A DNA stretch of 64,000 nucleotides from Candidatus Binataceae bacterium (GTDB lineage: Bacteria > Desulfobacterota > Binatia > Binatales > Binataceae): contig DATGLK010000095.1 of assembly GCA_035294265.1 (NCBI GenBank), forward strand, positions 64,326 through 128,325. The letters are read 5' to 3'. Under the pieces are notes generated by a model, which did not search any database, had not been told where the DNA came from, and was given only the letters and a program-made list of their open reading frames with translations. Positions within the stretch are counted from its first letter, which is position 1. Each line of letters starts with the position of its first letter. This document shows, in pieces, positions 59,481 through 64,000 of the stretch. A program made the position numbers and the translations under genes.

Positions 59481-59898
59481 TCCTAAGCTTGATTCGAAAA
59501 TAACTCGCACGCAGGGCGGTGGCGATCGCGGCGTGCCGTTTGTGGTTTTAGGCAACCAGCGTGACGCGCGGGTGAGGGTGCAGCCGCCGCGCGCCCGCCG
59601 TGCAATGGCTTCCCCCCGACCAAGTTGTCTTCAGTGTATTTTCGATGGTCCCATCGCGCTGACGCTTTGATGAAGGCGAGGGTCGAGCGAACGTTCTATA
59701 TACACCCAGGCGCGCAAAGGGCAAGTAAAAGCCCTTCCCGCACTGATGGGGCGTAACCACCTGACCCCGCGAGCGTTCCCACTTCGTGACAGTTCGAGCG
59801 CAGGCGTACGACAGCTTCGGTCGTTGAGCGCCGCGGAAACTCGCTACCTCTGAGCAGGACCGGCCAGTCATGGTCGCCGGCGCAAGGGGGTACGGTCG

Positions 59899-60312
59899 AT
59901 GCGTTTGGTCGCGCTGGGAGTGCTCGCTCTAGTGGTCTCGGGCTGCGCGCTAAACCTGGACCAGCGCCATTTCTTTCCATCCTGGGACAAGCTTGAGACA
60001 GGCGAAGCGCTGGCCTTCGCTGCCCTCAGCATAGGCGACGGAATCACTTCCACCCGCAATACCGCCGCTGGCTGTTCGGAGGGCGACCCGCTGGTAACCG
60101 GGGTGTGGGGTACCAAATATCCTAGCACAACCGATTATGCTTTAGGGCTGGCGTTCAATACCGCGGTCGTGATGGCAGTGGCCGAAGTGCTGCCTCGCAC
60201 GTGGCGCAAACTTTGGCTGATGGGCTTTATCGGAGGTGAGAGCTGGGCGGTGATAAACAACCTGGGGGTCAATTGCTTCCACCCGCCGGCGCCGGAAATC
60301 GGTGCGCAATAA
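59899..60312 (+). CDS. Hypothetical lipoprotein
   Basis: Lipobox LVVSGCA after signal peptide MRLVALGVLA. Confidence 0.4.
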   Translation: MRLVALGVLALVVSGCALNLDQRHFFPSWDKLETGEALAFAALSIGDGITSTRNTAAGCSEGDPLVTGVWGTKYPSTTDYALGLAFNTAVVMAVAEVLPRTWRKLWLMGFIGGESWAVINNLGVNCFHPPAPEIGAQ

Positions 60313-60475
60313 CCTCGCCCAGATTTCGTTGTTCCCGGGAGCTAACTGCTTCTCCCGTCCGTGGTGCGCCTGAGGTTTGGGCCTACTATAGGTGGCTCTT
60401 ACGGCGGTATATGAGCTGTTCGGCGATTCGTACCATTATCTGCCGTGAGTGGTTCGCTGGCCGACGGGGCCGGAC

Positions 60476-61546
60476 TTACGCGCCGGTACGTTCGATGACC
60501 GCTTCGAGCACCGCCCGGTAAACCGGGTCGGGGTGAATTCGATCTTCGCGTAGACAGGCCGCGGTCAGCTTGATCGTGTGCGCATCACCACTTTCTACCG
60601 CGCGCCCGATCAGTTCTTCCAACTCCAGGCGGGGTGGGCTGAGGTTCGGTTGGGTTTCGCGCGGAAGCGCGGTGGCGAACAGCGCCAGCACCGCGGCGCT
60701 GCCTTGCCACAGCCATCGATACAGGTTTGGGCAAGCATCCGGGGGAATGTAGGGCAGCAGATCGCGCGTCACCGCGGGCGCCGTGATGGTATGGATCAGC
60801 GGTACTGGATGCATCTCGGAATGCGCCAGCAGAACCCGCGCGAAGGTCGCGGTATGGGCGCTTATCGCCTCGCCCACGTCGCCGCTCATGGCCAGAGACT
60901 GGATCGCCGAAGCAAAGCCGGGCAGCTCGGTGAACATGGCCGCGCCTGCCGCCTCGGTCATCTGCCGGCTGCGCATCCGCGGTTCCAGCCGGGGCAGCTC
61001 CTGCAGCGCGCGGTCGAGCGCCAGGTCGCCGTGTTGGGAGACGTCGCCCGCGATTTGCCGGAAGCTAGCGGCCCAATAGGCCATGCCGCGCGCCAATTCA
61101 TCGAGTTGCAACGTGGTTGGCGAGCCATCCTCGGGAAAGGAGCGCAGTGCGTGGGCGGTGCGAATCAGACCGTGGGTCAGGCCGCCGATGTAGCCTGGCA
61201 GCAGCACCGGAAGCCAACGCGCAGTGACCTCGCGCCAGGGTCTATCCTCGAATTCGCGATGGAAGTAGTTCAGCCAGTCGGTCGAGCGGCCATAGACTCC
61301 CAACGCCGCGCGCCACTTTTCCGGTTTGGTGCCATCGATCGGTTCGCGCGCGGGCGGCATCGGCAGGTGGCGCCTTTCGCCTCGGTAGTGGTTCACCCAG
61401 CCGGCGACGGCGTCGTTCTGTCCAAGCGCACTCAGGGCTTCGGCCACCATTGGGCCATGCTCGGAGAAGAAGGGCTCCATGACGAAGCCCAGGTCGGATA
61501 GCCGCTCCAAAGCGTCGTTTATCGCATCCTGTCGGCTGATGCTCAT
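60476..61546 (-). CDS. Hypothetical protein (questin-oxidase-like/DUF4243-like helical protein?)
   Basis: 356 aa all-helical ORF; family assignment tentative. Confidence 0.3.
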   Translation of the reverse strand: MSISRQDAINDALERLSDLGFVMEPFFSEHGPMVAEALSALGQNDAVAGWVNHYRGERRHLPMPPAREPIDGTKPEKWRAALGVYGRSTDWLNYFHREFEDRPWREVTARWLPVLLPGYIGGLTHGLIRTAHALRSFPEDGSPTTLQLDELARGMAYWAASFRQIAGDVSQHGDLALDRALQELPRLEPRMRSRQMTEAAGAAMFTELPGFASAIQSLAMSGDVGEAISAHTATFARVLLAHSEMHPVPLIHTITAPAVTRDLLPYIPPDACPNLYRWLWQGSAAVLALFATALPRETQPNLSPPRLELEELIGRAVESGDAHTIKLTAACLREDRIHPDPVYRAVLEAVIERTGA

Positions 61547-61968
61547 TTGCGCACCTCCCTAATCGATCCGCGGTACTGGAGGGCGAAAGTTGGTGGCCGA
61601 GGCCAAGTGATAAACTAAAGCATCGCACTTCGTGGGGCGGGCGCGCAACCTTGCGGTGGCCCAGCCTGTCGCGGTAATTGGCCGTGTATTCGATTTGGGG
61701 TGCCGGGAGTGGCTAGTTGCTGACCGGTTTGGATCAGCTTCCTGAGATGGCGCGATAGCATTACGGTCTTTTGCTTTAGAAAGGCTCAGCCGTTAATTTA
61801 CGATTTCGAACGTCAATTGGGGCAACGCCACGACTTTGCGGGTTTGACACAAGCCGAAAAACCGCTTTCACTGGGTTGGGATTTGCTGGCGTATGCCGCG
61901 CAGCGCCTAAGCGACAGGTGCTCGCATTCGCGCCAGCGGTTATGTCGGACGGAACTGGGTAGAGCTGC

Positions 61969-63618
61969 ATGTCGATAAGCGCTTACACCCCGGTGCTGAT
62001 CGTGGGCGGCGGCCCGGTCGGGCTGGCGCTAGCCGGCGACTTGGGGTGGCGCGGTGTGGCCTGCACTTTGATCGAAAAGGGCGATGGCACGATCTTCCAG
62101 CCCAAGATGGATCTGGTGGGCGTGCGCACGATGGAGTTCTGCCGCCGCTGGGGGATCGTGAAATGGGTCGAGGAATCACCCTATCCGCGCGACTATCCCC
62201 AGGATTGCGTCTATCTGACCGGATTGAATGGTTATGAGCTGGGGCGCGAACCGTTTCCAGCTCCCGGCCAGGAACCCTGTCCGAGCCAAAGCCCGCAAAA
62301 GCGCGAGCGCTGCCCCCAGGACATGTTCGATCCCATCTTGCGCCGCTTTGCCAGCCGCACGCCGCTGGTTGATCTGCGCTACAACACCGAACTTATCTCC
62401 TTGGAACAGGGCGAAGCTGGCGTCCTGGCCACGGTGCGCGAGGCCGGCACGGGCAAGCTTATGACTCTCGCGGCCGCCTACGTGGTGGGTTGCGACGGCG
62501 GTTCCAGTACGACCCGCGAGCTGCTGGGCATCACGATGAGCGGCAACCCGGTGCTGACCTATACCACCAACGTGATTTTTCGCACCGCCGACCTGCCCGC
62601 GTTGCACGACAAGGGCAAAGGTTATCGCTTCATCTTTATCGGCCCCGAAGGGACCTGGTTGACGATCGTGGCGATCAACGGACGCGATCGCTGGCGCATG
62701 TCGATCGTCGGCAGTCCCCAGAAGGTCACCCACGACGAAGCCGACATTCGTGCTCTGATCCGGCGCGCGGTGGGACGCGATTTTCCCTACGAAATCCTCT
62801 CGGTCGTGCCGTGGGTGCGACGCGAACTGGTGGCCGACAGCTACGCGCGCGGGCGGGTATTCATCGCCGGCGATGCCGCCCACATGATGTCGCCCACGGG
62901 CGGCTTCGGTATGAATACCGGCATTGGCGACGCGGTGGACTTGAGCTGGAAACTGGCGGCTTGTTTGGCGGGTTGGGGTGGTCCCGGTCTGCTTGCCTCC
63001 TACGAGATGGAACGCCGCCCGGTCGGTTTGCGCAACGTGGCCGAAGCCAGCAACAACCTGTCCCGGATGCTTGCCTCGCGCGAAAATTTGCCCCCGCCCG
63101 CGGTCTTCGAACCCGGTCCGGCGGGCGATGCGGCGCGGCGCAGTTACGGTCAATGGTTCACTCAGATGATGCGCCGGGAATGGTTTACGTTGGGCATCCA
63201 GTTGGGATATCGCTATGATCCGTCGCCCATTATTTGGCCCGACGCTACTCCCGCCCCCATTGACGATCCCAACGTTTATGTCCAAACCGCGCGGCCCGGC
63301 TCACGCGCCCCCCACGTTTGGCTGGAGCCGGGGCGCTCCACGCTGGACCTGTTCGGGCAAAGCTTGGTACTGCTTTGCCTGGGCGCCGACCCACCTACCG
63401 GCGAGGGCCTGATGCGCGCCGCCGCCGCGCGCGGAATTCCGCTGACCCGCGTCGCCTTGTCCACCACCGCGGTGTGGGAAGCCTACGAGCGGCGGCTGGT
63501 GCTGGTGCGGCCCGACGGTCATGTGGCCTGGCGAGACGATCAGGAACCCGAGGATCCCGGAAGAGTGTTAGACGTCATCCGCGGGATGCGTGTGCCAGCC
63601 GGTGCAGCCGCGGCTTGA
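61969..63618 (+). CDS. FAD-dependent aromatic-ring monooxygenase (PheA/TfdB class A flavoprotein hydroxylase family)
   Basis: 549 aa; N-terminal GxGxxG (VLIVGGGPVGLALAGDL), GD motif, FAD fingerprint GDAAHMMSPTGGFGMNTGIGDAVDLSWKLA. Confidence 0.75.
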   Translation: MSISAYTPVLIVGGGPVGLALAGDLGWRGVACTLIEKGDGTIFQPKMDLVGVRTMEFCRRWGIVKWVEESPYPRDYPQDCVYLTGLNGYELGREPFPAPGQEPCPSQSPQKRERCPQDMFDPILRRFASRTPLVDLRYNTELISLEQGEAGVLATVREAGTGKLMTLAAAYVVGCDGGSSTTRELLGITMSGNPVLTYTTNVIFRTADLPALHDKGKGYRFIFIGPEGTWLTIVAINGRDRWRMSIVGSPQKVTHDEADIRALIRRAVGRDFPYEILSVVPWVRRELVADSYARGRVFIAGDAAHMMSPTGGFGMNTGIGDAVDLSWKLAACLAGWGGPGLLASYEMERRPVGLRNVAEASNNLSRMLASRENLPPPAVFEPGPAGDAARRSYGQWFTQMMRREWFTLGIQLGYRYDPSPIIWPDATPAPIDDPNVYVQTARPGSRAPHVWLEPGRSTLDLFGQSLVLLCLGADPPTGEGLMRAAAARGIPLTRVALSTTAVWEAYERRLVLVRPDGHVAWRDDQEPEDPGRVLDVIRGMRVPAGAAAA

Positions 63619-63634
63619 GCTTGGAGGAAAGCGC

Positions 63635-64000
63635 ATGAAATTGGCTCGTTTCAATGGCAATCGGGTGGGCGTGGTCAACGATCAGCAGCTCGTCGATATT
63701 TCCGATCTTCTGCCGGTGCCGCCGGAATTCTGGCCTCCGGTCAGTATGATCAAGCTTATCGCCCAGTTCGACGAACTCAAACCGCGTATCCAGCAGGCGG
63801 TTAAGGAGCGCAAGGGCGTCCCCCTTGCTTCGGTGCGGCTGGAATCACCGGTGGTATGGCCCAACAAGCTCATCGCCTATCCGGCCAACTACGCGCGTCA
63901 CGGCGAAGAGATGAAAGTTTTCATCGCCGCTACCCAGGGGCCGCAAGCGGTCTCCAGTGGCGCCGCCAATACCTTGGGCTTCTTTTTGAAAGCAGCCTCG
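63635..64000 (+). CDS. Fumarylacetoacetate hydrolase (FAH) family protein, N-terminal part (continues beyond window)
   Basis: ATG at 63635; MKLARFNGNRVGVV...VWPNKLIAYPANYARH typical FAH N-terminus; truncated by window end. Confidence 0.55.
   Translation, partial: MKLARFNGNRVGVVNDQQLVDISDLLPVPPEFWPPVSMIKLIAQFDELKPRIQQAVKERKGVPLASVRLESPVVWPNKLIAYPANYARHGEEMKVFIAATQGPQAVSSGAANTLGFFLKAAS

Overview
High-GC bacterial chromosomal window (phylum uncertain from sequence alone; Acidobacteria- or delta-proteobacteria-like). Positions 1-24.4 kb and 44.5-64 kb are mostly housekeeping or metabolic genes: a TPP enzyme, GST, SDR, nitronate monooxygenase, a persulfide dioxygenase-rhodanese fusion, a TPR/ExbB/ExbD/ExbD/VWA operon, tRNA-Pro, UvrD helicase, a beta-oxidation-like set, GTP-PEPCK and an FAD monooxygenase. 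The centre of the window (about 24.5-44.5 kb) is a mosaic heavy-metal accessory island. It carries two core merA genes with C-terminal CC dyads, three merT-like genes (one fused to a merP-type HMA domain), two merP-like paralogs and a merB-like gene. There is no merR; instead an ECF sigma factor sits next to a zf-HC2 anti-sigma factor with six TM segments, and matching GTAAC-N16-CGTT promoter motifs lie upstream of both the sigma gene and the merTP operon. The most notable element is a bufferin-like RiPP module inside this mer cluster: a DUF2282-type signal-peptide Cys-rich precursor and an intact DUF692/MNIO enzyme. The expected DUF2063 partner gene has decayed (frameshift, in-frame stops, internal deletion). 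The island ends with copAB next to a degenerate IS5-family transposase, plus duplicated fragments (an inverted outer-membrane-protein piece and a second merP copy). Other points of interest are a 14-repeat beta-propeller gene split by a single in-frame TGA, and a TonB-less ExbB-ExbD-ExbD operon whose last gene encodes a TM/Pro-rich/VWA protein. Coordinates of starts are approximate wherever alternative start codons exist.
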